From positions 502,800 through 566,799 of the forward strand of contig CAVPHD010000004.1 in NCBI GenBank assembly GCA_963704165.1: DNA of 64,000 nt. The letters are read 5' to 3'. Positions 1-12,034 of this stretch are shown here, piece after piece. The position numbers and the translations under genes were made by a program. Under the pieces are notes generated by a model, which saw nothing but the letters and a program-made list of their open reading frames with translations, did no database searches and had not been told where the DNA came from. The stretch is from an uncultured delta proteobacterium. GTDB lineage: Bacteria > Myxococcota_A > UBA9160 > SZUA-336. How positions within the stretch are numbered: the first letter of the stretch is position 1; each line of letters opens with the position of its first letter.

Positions 1-973
1 CCCATGGCGACCCCGGCGTTGAGCAGCGCCTGCAGCCAGAGCAGAAGGCTGGCACCGACGGAGACGAGCGTCGCGAACGGTGTCTTCGCGCGCTGCGCGA
101 TGCCGAGCGCCGAGAGCGTCAGCACGGCGAAGCCCACGAGCACGGCCGCGACGCCGAGCAGGCCGACCTCTTCGCCGACGACGGAGAGGATGAAATCGTT
201 GTGCGCCTCGGGAAGGAAGAAGAGCTTCTGTTGTCCCGCACCGAATCCCGCGCCGAAGAGTCCACCCGCGCCGAACGCGAGCTGGGACTGCACGAGCTGA
301 TAGCCGCCGCCGAGCGGATCGGCCCACGGATCCAGGAAAGCGATCAGGCGCGCCACCCGATACTCGCGCAGGATCATCGCCAGACCGGCGAGAGGCGCGA
401 CCACGGCCGCCGTGCAGGCCAGGTGATCGAGGCGCACACCGCCGGCGAAGATCAGCACGCCCGAGAACGTCGCGATCAGCATCGCGCCGCCGTAGTCGGG
501 CTGCAAGAGCAGGAGACACGCGGGAACTCCCGCGAGGATCGCCGGCATGACGATGCTGACGCGGTAGTCCGCCATCCGGTCCTGATTCGAGGCGAGCCAG
601 TGCGAGAGACCGAGAATCACGCCGAGCTTCGCCGGCTCGAGCGGCTGGAAGGGAAGACCGCCGAGCATGACCCAGCGCCTCGCGCCGTTCTCGCCGACGC
701 CGAGCGGCGTGAACGTCGCGATCAGGGCGAGCACGGACGCGGCCCACGCGATGTAGGCGATCTTCTCGATCCAGGCGAGCGGCGTGGCGTAGCAGAGCGC
801 GCCGATCCCGAATCCGATCAGGAGCGCGAGCGTCTGCCGGCCGAGATATGCGAACGAGGTGCCGAAGACCACCTCGGCACGCGCCGCGCTCGCGCTGTAC
901 ACCATGACCAGCCCGAAGCCGAGCAGCAGGATCGCGGCGACGAGCAGCTCCGAGACTCCGAAGCGACTCAGCA
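1..973 (-). CDS. ftsW: FtsW/RodA-family cell division protein (SEDS family peptidoglycan glycosyltransferase), 5' part only; C-terminus lies beyond window start
   Basis: Reverse-strand translation from ATG at 973 gives MLSRFGVSELLVAAILLLGFGLVMVYSASAARAE..., a multi-TM SEDS-like sequence. Position directly downstream of murD in a dcw cluster. Not in the ORF track because it has no in-window stop. Confidence 0.8.
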
Positions 974-2296
974 TCCCACGCCTCCGGCCGCGCTCTCGTC
1001 GGAAAGCGCGGCGGCCAGCTCTGCGAACCGTCGTCCGCGCTCCTCGAAGCCCGAGAACTGATCGAAGCTCGCGCACGCGGGCGCGAGCAAGACGACGTCG
1101 CCGGGCTGCGCGCACGCGGCGGCACGTTCGACGGCCTGTTCGAGCGTCCCGACGCGCTCGACCGGGCAGACCGAGGCGAGCGCTCGCTCGAGCTCGACCG
1201 CAGACTCTCCGTACACCACGGCGCGACGGACGCGAGCGCTGCGTGCGGCGTCGACCAGCTCGCTGAAATCGAGACCCTTGTTTCGCCCGCCCGCGAGCCA
1301 GACGATCGCAGTCGTCTGCGCGAGGAGACTCGCGCACGCGGCGGCGGGATTGGTCGCCTTCGAGTCGTCCACGTAGCGCACCCCCGCGCGCACGCAGACG
1401 TCGCGAACGCGGTGGGGGAGCCCGGCGAAGCTCGCGAGGGTCGTTCGGATCGCGACGGTCGTGGCGCCCGCGAGCTGCGCCGCGAGCGAAGCGGCGAGCG
1501 CGTTCGCGACCGGTCGTCGCGAAGCGGCGGAGAGCTCGTCGACCGGCATGCGCAGGGTGACCTGGCCGTGGGGTGCCAGGACGAGATCGGTTCCGTCGAG
1601 GTAGGCACCGGCCGAGAGCCGCCGTTCGGTCGAGAAACCGAACCTGCGCGCGCGTGCGCGCTCCCCGACGCTGCGGGCCCAGGCGTCGTCCTCGTTCACC
1701 ACCAGGAAGTTCTCCGGGCCCTGGAGCTCGGCGAGTCGCGCCTTCGCGGCGCCGTACTTCGCCAGGCTTCCGTGCCGGTCGAGGTGATCGGGCGCGAGAT
1801 TCAGGAGCACGGCGACGTTCGCCCGGAGCTTTCGCGCGTGCTCGAGCTGGAAGCTCGAGAGCTCCGCGACGATCCTCACGTGACCGCGACCGACCAGCGC
1901 GCAGAGGGGCGTACCGAGGTTTCCACCGACGCCCGTGTCGAACCCGCTGGCTTCGAGCATTTCGCCGATCAGCACGGTCGTGGTGCTCTTGCCGTTGGAA
2001 CCGGTGACACCGACCAGCTCGGCGTCGAGGAACTCGGCCGCGAGATCGACCTCGGGCACGATCTTCTCGCCTGCGGCGACGGGCACGCCGGGGCTCGCGA
2101 CCACGGCGTCGAAGTCCGCGAAGTCGGGCGGGGTCGGCGCGCAGAAACGCTTCACGTCCGGCGGCAATTCGGCGAGCGTGTCCGGTGTGCGGTCGTACGC
2201 GCAGACGCGAGCGCCGGCACGCAGAAGCAACTCGACGGCGCTCCGTCCGGAGCGCGCCATGCCGAGTACGAGCACGTTCTTCCCCGCCCAGCTCAT
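968..2296 (-). CDS. murD: UDP-N-acetylmuramoylalanine--D-glutamate ligase
   Basis: ORF 968..2380(-); likely start at internal M (MSWAGKNVLVLGMARSGRS...) overlapping the mraY stop. Mur ligase motifs (GTNGKST) and dcw context. Confidence 0.9.
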   Translation of the reverse strand: MSWAGKNVLVLGMARSGRSAVELLLRAGARVCAYDRTPDTLAELPPDVKRFCAPTPPDFADFDAVVASPGVPVAAGEKIVPEVDLAAEFLDAELVGVTGSNGKSTTTVLIGEMLEASGFDTGVGGNLGTPLCALVGRGHVRIVAELSSFQLEHARKLRANVAVLLNLAPDHLDRHGSLAKYGAAKARLAELQGPENFLVVNEDDAWARSVGERARARRFGFSTERRLSAGAYLDGTDLVLAPHGQVTLRMPVDELSAASRRPVANALAASLAAQLAGATTVAIRTTLASFAGLPHRVRDVCVRAGVRYVDDSKATNPAAACASLLAQTTAIVWLAGGRNKGLDFSELVDAARSARVRRAVVYGESAVELERALASVCPVERVGTLEQAVERAAACAQPGDVVLLAPACASFDQFSGFEERGRRFAELAAALSDESAAGGVGC

Positions 2297-3371
2297 CGCA
2301 GCTTCAACAGCGAGATCGCGACCAGCCCCAGGATCACCGAGATGATCCAGAAGCGGACGATGATCTGCGGCTCGGGCCAACCTCGAAGCTCGTAGTGGTG
2401 GTGAATCGGCGCCATGCGGAAGACGCGCTTGCCGCGCGTCTTGAACGACGCGACCTGGATCATCACCGAGAACATCTCGACCAGGAACAGGCCGCCCACG
2501 ATCACGAGCACCACTTCCTGCCGGATGATGATCGCCACCGTCGAGAGCGCGCCACCGAGGGCGAGCGCTCCGGTGTCACCCATGAAGACCGACGCCGGGT
2601 ACGTGTTGTACCAGAGGAAGCCGAGCCCGGCTCCCATCAGCGACGAGCAGAAGATCGCCAGCGTACCGGCCGCCGGGACGTGCTTCAGTTCCAGATAGCT
2701 CGCGATCACGCTATTGCCGACGACGTAGCTGAAGAGCCCGATCACGCCGGCGCTGATCATCGTCGGGCCGATCGCGAGGCCGTCGAGCCCGTCGGTCAGG
2801 TTCACCGCGTTGGAGAAGCCGACGATGAAGACGACCGCGAACGGAACGTACATCCAGCCGAGCATCGGATGGAAGTTCTTCAGCAGCGGAAGCGACATCG
2901 CTCCGTCGAAGCTCGGCAGCAGATACAACCAGACGGCCGCGACCGTCGCGACGCCGATCTGTCCGAAGAGCTTTGCGCGCGCGCTGATGCCCTTGGGGTT
3001 CTTCTCGACCGCCTTCTTGTAGTCGTCCACGAAGCCGATCGCGCCGCAGCCCAACGTCACGAAGAGCACCACCCAGACGAACGGGTTGGTCCACTCGGCC
3101 CAGAGCAGCGTGCTCGCGAGCACCGCGGACAGGATCAACACTCCCCCCATCGTCGGTGTGCCGCGCTTGGTCTGGTGGCGGTCGGGCGTGTCTTCGCGAA
3201 TCGTCTGGCCGATCTGGCGATGCTCGAGCAGGCGGATCAGCGTCGGTCCGGCGATGAACGCGATCAGAAGCGCCGTGAGCGCAGCCCCGACGCTGCGGAA
3301 CGTCAGATAGCGGAAGACGTTCAGGCCCGAGATCTCCGCCGACAAGAGCTCGTAGAAGAGGTGATACAGCA

Positions 3372-3372
<1 letters not shown>
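2293..3372 (-). CDS. mraY: phospho-N-acetylmuramoyl-pentapeptide transferase
   Basis: 359-aa polytopic membrane protein starting MLYHLFYELLSAEISGLNVFRYLTFRS..., with conserved MraY motifs (DDYKK, NLTDGLDGLA, HHHYE). ATG overlaps the murF stop. Confidence 0.92.
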
Positions 3373-4750
<1,378 letters not shown>

Positions 4751-4754
<4 letters not shown>

Positions 4755-6226
4755 GCGGCCACCCCCCGAGCGACGAGCGCCCGGCGCGCCTCTTCCCGGT
4801 CGTCGAACGGGAACCTCTCCCGACCGACGATCTGGTAGTCCTCGTGGCCCTTGCCCGCGATCACGATGCAGTCCTCGGCGCGGGCGATCGCGATCGCGCG
4901 AGAGATCGCCTCTCGCCGATCGCGAAGAACCTCGTGCGAGCCCGAGAGACCGACCGCGACGTCGCGCAGGATCGCGTCGGGATCCTCGCTGCGCGGGTTG
5001 TCGCTGGTCGCGATCACGTGATCCGCGCGCGCGCAGGCCGCACGTGCCATCGGCGCGCGCTTGCTTCGATCGCGGTCGCCACCACAGCCGAAGACCGCAA
5101 TCAGCCGGCCCTCGACGAGCGGTCGCACCCGCGCGAGCACGCGGTCGAGGGCGTCGGGCGTGTGCGCGTAGTCGACGAGCACGATCGGTCGGCATTCGCC
5201 GACGCGCTCGAGGCGACCCGGCACCGCGGGGCAGCCCTCGAGCCCGCGCCGGATCGCGTCCCAGGCGAGGTCGAGCGTGCGCCCGGTCGCGAGCGCGGCG
5301 AGCGCGTTGTCGATCTGGAAGTCGCCGGCGAGCGGAAGGTCGATCTCGATCTCGGCGTCGGGACCCCGCACGCGCAACCGCGACCGCGCGAGCTCGATGC
5401 GCTCCTCGATCGTGCAGTAGTCCGCGCCCACCTCCCGGCCACGCGCGTAGGTGACGACCGGACGCCCCGAGGCCCGCGCGATCTCCGCGAGGCGCGGCGT
5501 CCAAGGATCGGCCGCGTTCAGAACGGCCGTACCCGAAAGGTAGTCCGCTCCGAAGAGCAACGACTTCGCGCGCCCGTAGCTCTCCATGTCCGGGTGGAAG
5601 TCGAGGTGGTCCTGCGTGATGTGCGTGAAGACGGCGACGGCGAATCGAAGCCCGCGTACGCGTCCGAGCGCGAGGCTGTGGGAAGAGACCTCGAGGGCGA
5701 CGGCCTCGACTCCCGCGTCGCGCATGCGGCGGAGCCAGCGCTGCAGGTCGAGCGACTCGGGCGTCGTGAGCGATGCCTTCTCTTCGAAGCCCGGATAGCG
5801 GATCGAGATCGTTCCGAGGCTTCCGGCGGGTCTGCCGGACGCGAGCAGGATCGACTCGATCATCCGCACGGTGCTCGTCTTGCCGTTCGTCCCCGTGACT
5901 CCGATCAGCGTGAGATCGCGTGCCGGAAATGCGAAGAAGCGCGCTGCGACGCTCGCGAGTGCCGCGCGCGTGTCGGGGACGCGGGCGATGGCGACGTGCG
6001 GCGGGCGATCGCCCGGTGATTCCTCGACGAGGAGGGCGTTCGCCCCGGCCTCGATCGCTTGCGGGATGAAGCGGTGTCCATCGCTCTGTGCGCCGCGCAG
6101 CGCGACGAAGAGAGCGCCCGGGCGAACCGTGCGGGAGTCGTAGGTCACGTCGCTCACCGGTGCACGAGCCGGGCCGTCGATGATCGCGTCGAGTCCATCG
6201 ACGAGTCCCGCCAGTGTCTCGGTCAT
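4751..6226 (-). CDS. murE: UDP-N-acetylmuramoyl-L-alanyl-D-glutamate--2,6-diaminopimelate ligase
   Basis: 491-aa ORF MTETLAGLVDGL...GVTGTNGKTST...; Mur ligase family in dcw order between ftsI and murF. Confidence 0.9.
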
Positions 6227-7989
6227 CCTGCTCGGCCTCGCGCGGCTTTCTCTCGCGTCCCGGATCGCGGCATGCTTGCGGTCGAGCTCGGCGCGACGGC
6301 ATTCCGAGGCGTCGGATACCCGATTCCCAGCCGATCGATCGCGTAGCCCGCGACCTCCTTGAAGACGGGTGCAGCGACCACGCCGCCGGTGCGGAACCCG
6401 CGCGGCTCGTCGATGAAGACGCCGATCACCAGTCGCGGATTCACGACCGGGACGATCCCGACGAACGATGCGACATAGTCGGTCTGCGAGTACGTGCCGT
6501 TCTTGACCTTCTGCGCCGTCCCGGTCTTGCCCGCGACCGAGACGTGCGGGAGCCCCGCCGCCTTGCCGCTGCCATCGACGACGACCATCCGCATCATCTC
6601 GAGCACGGTGCGCGCAGTGCGCTCGGAGATCGCACGCTCGCCTGCCACGGCGGGCGTGTCGGCGGACGCACGGGTAATGCGTGGGGTCACCCGCACGCCT
6701 CCGTTCGCAAATACCGCCATCGCCGCGACGAGCTGCACGGGAGTCACGGTGACGCCCTGGCCGAAGGACAGATTCGCGCGCTCGATGGCCTGCTTCTCGC
6801 GGATCTCTCGCACGCTGCCGGCGACCTCGCCGGGGAACCCGCTACCGGTCGTGCGGCCGAAGCCGAAGCGGCGCACGCCGTCGACGAGTCGCTGCGATCC
6901 GAGCCGCGCGATGATCTTGGCCGTGCCGATGTTGCTCGAGACGCGCATGATGTCGCTGACGGTGAGCAGGTCGTGGGGCCGGTAGTCGCGGATCGTGCGT
7001 CGCCCGATCCGGTAGCGTCCGCCCTCGCAGTCGAAGACCTCGCCGGGGCTCGTCACTCCGGCTTCGAGTGCGAGCGCGATCGAGAACGGCTTGAACGTGC
7101 TTCCAGGCTCGAAAGTGTCGACAAAAGCGCGTGCGCGGTACGCCGAGGTGTCTTCGAGCCAGAAACGGTTCGGATCGAAGCTCGGTGACTCGGCGAGCGC
7201 CAGGATCTCGCCTGTCCTCGGGTCGAGCGCGACCAGCGTCGCGTGTCTCGCGCCGGTCTTGCGCAGTGACTCGGCGAGCGCCTTCTCCGCGAAGTGCTGA
7301 AGCTCGAGGTCGAGCGCGAGGGTGACCGGCTGCCCCTCTCGCGTCTTGGGCGCCTTCACCTCCGACGGCAGGTACCGCCCGCCACCGTCGCGGTTCACCC
7401 GCAGCTCCGCGCCCGCACCGCGCAGGTCGCGATCGAAGAGCAGTTCCACACCCGAGAGCCCACGCCCGTCGCGATCGGCGAATCCGAGCATCGGGCCCGC
7501 GAGCGAGCCGTTGGGATAGAAGCGGCGCCGTTCGCTGTGCAGGTGGACTCCGGCGATCTCGAGCGCGCGCACGCGATCGGCCGCATCCGGCGTGACCCAG
7601 CGCTGCAGCCAGACGAAGCTCGTCGCCTGCTCGAGCCGACGCTCGATCTCCTTGGCCGGCAGATGGAGCGCCTTCGCGAGCGAGCGCGCCGCGCCGGCTC
7701 GATCCCGGATCTGTCGCGGGGACGCGGCGACCGACTCGACGCTCGCCGATACCGCGAGCGGTCGTCCGCTTCGATCGCGCAGCTCCGCGCGCAGCGCGGT
7801 GAGTTCGACCTTTGCAGCACCCTGACGCGCCGCGCGCGTGGCGAGGAACTCGGCGTCGAGTGTCTGCAGCTGGATCGCGCGCCCGAGCAGCGCGGCGAAG
7901 CCGAGCAGGCCGACGAGCGCAACGGCCTGCAAGCGGCCGGGCTTCAGGCCCGAGCTTCGTCGCCGGCGCGTTCTCCGCGCGGCGCTCAA
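6223..7989 (-). CDS. ftsI: peptidoglycan D,D-transpeptidase (penicillin-binding protein 3-like)
   Basis: 588-aa ORF with N-terminal TM anchor, PBP dimerisation and transpeptidase motifs (STFKP, SSN, KTGT). Confidence 0.88.
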   Translation of the reverse strand: MSAARRTRRRRSSGLKPGRLQAVALVGLLGFAALLGRAIQLQTLDAEFLATRAARQGAAKVELTALRAELRDRSGRPLAVSASVESVAASPRQIRDRAGAARSLAKALHLPAKEIERRLEQATSFVWLQRWVTPDAADRVRALEIAGVHLHSERRRFYPNGSLAGPMLGFADRDGRGLSGVELLFDRDLRGAGAELRVNRDGGGRYLPSEVKAPKTREGQPVTLALDLELQHFAEKALAESLRKTGARHATLVALDPRTGEILALAESPSFDPNRFWLEDTSAYRARAFVDTFEPGSTFKPFSIALALEAGVTSPGEVFDCEGGRYRIGRRTIRDYRPHDLLTVSDIMRVSSNIGTAKIIARLGSQRLVDGVRRFGFGRTTGSGFPGEVAGSVREIREKQAIERANLSFGQGVTVTPVQLVAAMAVFANGGVRVTPRITRASADTPAVAGERAISERTARTVLEMMRMVVVDGSGKAAGLPHVSVAGKTGTAQKVKNGTYSQTDYVASFVGIVPVVNPRLVIGVFIDEPRGFRTGGVVAAPVFKEVAGYAIDRLGIGYPTPRNAVAPSSTASMPRSGTREKAARGRAG

Positions 7990-8321
7990 CGTGGCTCGCC
8001 ATCCGCGACGCCATGAAGCGCTGCGAGATGCGGGTCGGAGAGCGACACGACCTGTTCAGGAGACGGGTAGATCAGGCCGAGCTCGAGGGCGCGTGGCTCG
8101 ATGCGCTCGGGCGCGGCGAGCGCCGCGACCTCGACACGCAGCCGCTCGACGACGAGCGACAGCTCGTGTTCGTGAGAGACGCGGCGACCCAGCTCGTAGC
8201 GCAGCGACGTCACGTAGGTGCGCACGTAGACGAGCACGCCCGAGGCCGCGATCGCGCCGAGCGCGAGGGCCACGAGGGCGCCGAACCAGGGTCTGTGGTC
8301 TTGGAGCCGCGAGTTCAGCAT
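7986..8321 (-). CDS. ftsL: cell division protein FtsL-like (small bitopic membrane protein)
   Basis: 111-aa ORF with single TM (WFGALVALALGAIAASGVLVYV) and coiled-coil; position between rsmH and ftsI. Confidence 0.6.
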   Translation of the reverse strand: MLNSRLQDHRPWFGALVALALGAIAASGVLVYVRTYVTSLRYELGRRVSHEHELSLVVERLRVEVAALAAPERIEPRALELGLIYPSPEQVVSLSDPHLAALHGVADGEPR

Positions 8322-9235
8322 CGCTCACCTCCGCGCAGGCGCGCGCTGCGCGCGCGTGGGTTGCGTCGGATCTCGGCCGCCGAGGGCTTCGTTCCGCGCG
8401 CGACGATGCGCAGGCGCGGCACGTGCCCGCAGCCGCACACGGGGAGATCCGGCGGACAGATGCAGCCCTTCGCTTCGCGGGCCATGAACTGCTTCACCCG
8501 GCGGTCCTCGCCTGAGTGATACGAGAGCACGGCGAGCCGCCCCCCCTCCGCGAGCACGTCGAGCGCGCTCTCCAGCCCCGCGTCGAGCTCCGCGAGCTCG
8601 TCGTTCACGGCCATGCGCAGCGCTTGGAACACGAGCGTCGCCGGGTGATGTCGCCGTTCCGGAAGTCTCACGCCGTCGAGCGCCGCCACGAGCTCCTGCA
8701 CGGTGCGGATCGGTCGCCGAGCGTCGAGCGCGTGCGCGACGCGGCCGGCGGCGGGAACGCCACCGTCCCGGAGCAGCTGCACGAGCTCAGCACCGCTGAC
8801 CCGGTCGAGCAGCTCGGCCGCGGTCTCCCCCGTCGACCGGTCCATGCGCATGTCGAGCGGCACCGGTGTGTCGCCGACGCGGAAGCTCATGCCGCGCTCG
8901 ATCTGGTCGAGGTGGGCGGAGCACACACCGAGATCGAGCAGCACGCCATCGACGGGCAGGGCGTTCGCGGCCGCGGCGACCTCGCGCACGAACGAGAAGC
9001 GCGCGTGAAAGAGCTTCGCGCGCGCGCCGAAGCGGCGGAGACGCTGCTCGGCGACCTCGAGCATCTCGGGGTCCCGATCGAGCCCGACGAGCAGACCATC
9101 GGGGCCGAGCCGCTCGAGGATCTGCTCGGCGTGACCTCCGTGTCCGGTCGTCGCATCGACGATCCGCGAGTCCTCGCGGGGCGAGAGCAGCTCGAGGACT
9201 TCGGCGACCATCACCGGGGCGTGAGAGGGGTTCAC
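8315..9235 (-). CDS. rsmH: 16S rRNA (cytosine1402-N4)-methyltransferase
   Basis: Within ORF 8315..9430(-): ...HAPVMVAEVLELLSPREDSRIVDATTGHGGHAEQILE... (MraW/RsmH SAM-MTase). Probable GTG start overlapping the mraZ stop. Confidence 0.9.
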   Translation of the reverse strand: MNPSHAPVMVAEVLELLSPREDSRIVDATTGHGGHAEQILERLGPDGLLVGLDRDPEMLEVAEQRLRRFGARAKLFHARFSFVREVAAAANALPVDGVLLDLGVCSAHLDQIERGMSFRVGDTPVPLDMRMDRSTGETAAELLDRVSGAELVQLLRDGGVPAAGRVAHALDARRPIRTVQELVAALDGVRLPERRHHPATLVFQALRMAVNDELAELDAGLESALDVLAEGGRLAVLSYHSGEDRRVKQFMAREAKGCICPPDLPVCGCGHVPRLRIVARGTKPSAAEIRRNPRARSARLRGGERC

Positions 9236-9666
9236 CGCGTCGCGCCGCGCAGGTAGCGCGAGTTCTCGGCCTCGTGCTCCTGGGTGCTTTCGATCTCCGC
9301 CTGGTAACGCACGCGATCCCAGATCTCGACGCGGTCGGTGAGTCCCAGGAACGTGATCTCGCGGTCGATCCGAACCAGGCGCCGCAGCGTCGGTGGAATC
9401 AGGATGCGTCCGGCTCGATCGACACTGCATGGCGTCGCGTGTCCGATGATCAAGCGTTCGAGCGCCTCGGCTGCGTCGTTCAGCACGTCGTCCGACAGCC
9501 GCTGTCGGATCTTGTCGAACTTCTCGGCCGGGTAGATCGCGAGACAGCGCGATCGTGCGGTGAGCCAGGGTGGCTGGCTTCCGCGCGTCAAAAGGTCGCG
9601 GAAGTCCTTGGGAAGGCTGGTGCGCCCCTTCTCATCGAGAACGTGCTCGTGGCACCCCCAGAACAT
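9232..9666 (-). CDS. mraZ: transcriptional regulator MraZ
   Basis: ORF 9232..9690(-); MFWGCHEHVLDEKGRTSLPKDFRDLL... matches the MraZ duplicated-domain family. First gene of the dcw cluster. Confidence 0.85.
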   Translation of the reverse strand: MFWGCHEHVLDEKGRTSLPKDFRDLLTRGSQPPWLTARSRCLAIYPAEKFDKIRQRLSDDVLNDAAEALERLIIGHATPCSVDRAGRILIPPTLRRLVRIDREITFLGLTDRVEIWDRVRYQAEIESTQEHEAENSRYLRGATR

Positions 9667-9702
9667 TCTTCCACCGGCCCCCGCACGCACCGGTGGGAAG
9701 GG

Positions 9703-9779
9703 GGTTCCAAGGACCCGGCACTCCCCCCCTGAACAGCACCTTGGGTCCTTGGAACCCTATCCCACTGCGTCCCACCATA
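9703..9779 (-). promoter_or_regulatory. candidate MraZ operator / dcw promoter region: GTGGG-N5-GTGGG direct repeats plus 14-bp inverted repeat
   Basis: On the mraZ-coding strand, positions 9762-9778 read GTGGGacgcaGTGGG (two GTGGG boxes with a 5-nt spacer, as in characterised MraZ boxes). Immediately adjacent is a perfect inverted repeat GGTTCCAAGGACCC (9703-9716) / GGGTCCTTGGAACC (9743-9756). An AT-rich stretch follows further upstream (9775-9840). Confidence 0.35.
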
Positions 9780-9925
9780 CAGCCACTTCATCCCAGCGGT
9801 CAACACTTTTTCACGAAAAAACCGAAAGAAATCCGGTCTCTGCGGGCGATCTCGCCAAGTGCGGCTGGAGCCCCTGCCGGTTGAGGTGAGTCGAGTCACA
9901 GCCGCAATATCTGGGGCCTCGGGAG

Positions 9926-10978
9926 TCACGCTTGAACGCGCCGCGCGAGGGTCGGCCAGAAGCCGGCGTGCGCCTCGCGAAGAAATCCGACGAGCTCCTT
10001 CCCGTGCTCGCTCGCGGATTCGAAGTCGTGTGTCGCCGGCGCGGGGCTCGCCAGCACGCGGACGGTCTCGGCGACCGAATCGGCGAGCGCATCGAGGTCG
10101 TACCCGCCCTCGAGTGCCAGGACGATGCGCCCACCGCAAGTCTCGTCCGCGATCGCACACAGGCGCTCCGTCAAGCGACCGAACCCGCGCGTCGTCACGC
10201 GCATCGCACCGAGCGGATCGCGTTCGTGCGCATCGAACCCGGCCGAGACCAGGATGATCTCGGGCTCGAACGCGAGCAGGGTCGGCGTCAACACCTGATC
10301 GAAGAGCGGTCCGTACTCCGCGTCCCCACAAGCCTCGGGCAGCGGGAGGTTGAGGGTCGCGCCGAGGCCGTCCCCTTGTCCGTGCTCGTCGAGCGCTCCG
10401 GTCCCCGGATAGAAGGGAAACTGGTGCAGCGACGCGAAGAGCACGTCGCGATCCGACTCGAAGGCGTGCTGCGTGCCGTTGCCGTGGTGTACGTCCCAAT
10501 CGACGATCGCGATCCTTTCGATGCCGGTCTGCGCGAGCAGCGCGCGCGCGGCGATCGCGATGTTGTTCAGCAGGCAGAAGCCCATCGGCGCGTCGTGCTC
10601 CGCGTGGTGGCCGGGCGGGCGAAGCGCCGCAAAGGCCCGGGTGGCCTCGCCGCGAGCGACGCGGAGCGAAGCCTCGACGAGCGATCCGGCTGCGAGTCGC
10701 GCGATTTCGACCGAGCGCGGCGAGCAGTAGGTGTCGGGATCGAGTCGGCGCGTCTGGCCCACACACGAATCGAGCGCGTCGAGGTAGCCGCGCTCGTGAA
10801 CTTCGAGCACCTCCTCGTCGGTCGCCGCTCGCGGCTCGAGCGTGCGGATCGAGTCGCCAAGCGTTTCGAGCGCGCGATCGACGGCGACGAGCCGCTCCGG
10901 GCGTTCGGGATGCGCGCGAGCGGGCACGTGTTCGCGAAAACGGGGATCACGGACGACGAGCGGTCGGGGGTCACGCAT
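9926..10978 (-). CDS. histone deacetylase-family protein (acetoin utilisation AcuC/HDAC-like deacetylase)
   Basis: 350-aa ORF with HDAC signatures (GFCLLNN, DWDVHHGNGTQ, active-site HH, Tyr near the C-terminus). Confidence 0.85.
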   Translation of the reverse strand: MRDPRPLVVRDPRFREHVPARAHPERPERLVAVDRALETLGDSIRTLEPRAATDEEVLEVHERGYLDALDSCVGQTRRLDPDTYCSPRSVEIARLAAGSLVEASLRVARGEATRAFAALRPPGHHAEHDAPMGFCLLNNIAIAARALLAQTGIERIAIVDWDVHHGNGTQHAFESDRDVLFASLHQFPFYPGTGALDEHGQGDGLGATLNLPLPEACGDAEYGPLFDQVLTPTLLAFEPEIILVSAGFDAHERDPLGAMRVTTRGFGRLTERLCAIADETCGGRIVLALEGGYDLDALADSVAETVRVLASPAPATHDFESASEHGKELVGFLREAHAGFWPTLARRVQA

Positions 10979-11035
10979 CGAAATCGATCATAGCGGTGAT
11001 TGACACCCTCTCACCCATGACCGATACAGGCCATC

Positions 11036-12034
11036 GTGAGCGCGAGACGAGCGCCCCGCAGCGTCGAGCCGCGGCCGACGGTCGCGATCACGGGCCTCGG
11101 TACCTTCACGGGTGCGCACATTGCAGAGCGGCTACTCGAGCAGGATCCGCCCGTGCGGGTCGTCGGCCTCGACCTGCGCCAGCCGAGGCGTCTCGAGGGA
11201 CGCGTGCGGTTCCACCGCGTCGATCTGACCGAGCCGACCGCCGACAGCATCGTCGCCGAGATCCTCGAGAAGGAGCGCTGCGAGACGATCCTGCACGCGG
11301 CCTTCTTCACCGATCCCCATCCGGACGTCGAGTACTCCCACGAACTCGAGGTGGTCGGGTCGCTGCACGTGATGAACGCCGCGGCCGCTTCGGGAGTGAG
11401 GAAGCTCGTCGTCACCAGCACCGCGCAGGTCTACGGACCGCACCCGGACAACCCGAACTTCCTGACGGAAGAACACCCGCTTCGACCGCCCCGCGGCGCA
11501 CATTCGCTCCGCGACCGGGCGGAGGTCGAGGGACTGCTCCGCATCTTCGCGCAACGCCACCGTTCGCTCGTCGTGACGTCGCTTCGGCCCTGCTGGATCG
11601 TCGGTCCGAGCTATGCATCGGCGGTCACGCGAAGGCTCGAGGTCGGTCGCGTGCTCACGCTGCTCGGCTACGACCCGCTGCTGCAGTTCCTGCACGAATC
11701 CGACTGGCTCGATGCCGTCGAGCTCGCACTCGAACGTGATGCGCCCGGCGCCTTCAACCTCGCCGCGGACGGCGTGCTGCCGCTCTCGACGCTGCTGCGA
11801 CTGGCGGGAAAGCGCGCCTTGCCGCTCCCGCATCCGTTGCTCCATCGAATCACCTACCTCGAGTCGATCGCGCGAACCGGAGATCCGCCCGCGGCCTTCT
11901 TCGACTACCTGCGCTTCCTCTGGATCGTCGATACCGCCCGCGCTCGCTTTGAGCTCGGCTTCGATCCCGTCTACACGACGAAGGAGGCGTGGATGAGCTT
12001 CGTCGTCGAGCGCAAGCTCCGGGGCTACCGGTGA
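11036..12034 (+). CDS. NAD-dependent epimerase/dehydratase family protein
   Basis: 332 aa; N-terminal Rossmann TGLGTFTGAHIAERLL, extended-SDR features (YxxxK-like context). Confidence 0.8.
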   Translation: MSARRAPRSVEPRPTVAITGLGTFTGAHIAERLLEQDPPVRVVGLDLRQPRRLEGRVRFHRVDLTEPTADSIVAEILEKERCETILHAAFFTDPHPDVEYSHELEVVGSLHVMNAAAASGVRKLVVTSTAQVYGPHPDNPNFLTEEHPLRPPRGAHSLRDRAEVEGLLRIFAQRHRSLVVTSLRPCWIVGPSYASAVTRRLEVGRVLTLLGYDPLLQFLHESDWLDAVELALERDAPGAFNLAADGVLPLSTLLRLAGKRALPLPHPLLHRITYLESIARTGDPPAAFFDYLRFLWIVDTARARFELGFDPVYTTKEAWMSFVVERKLRGYR

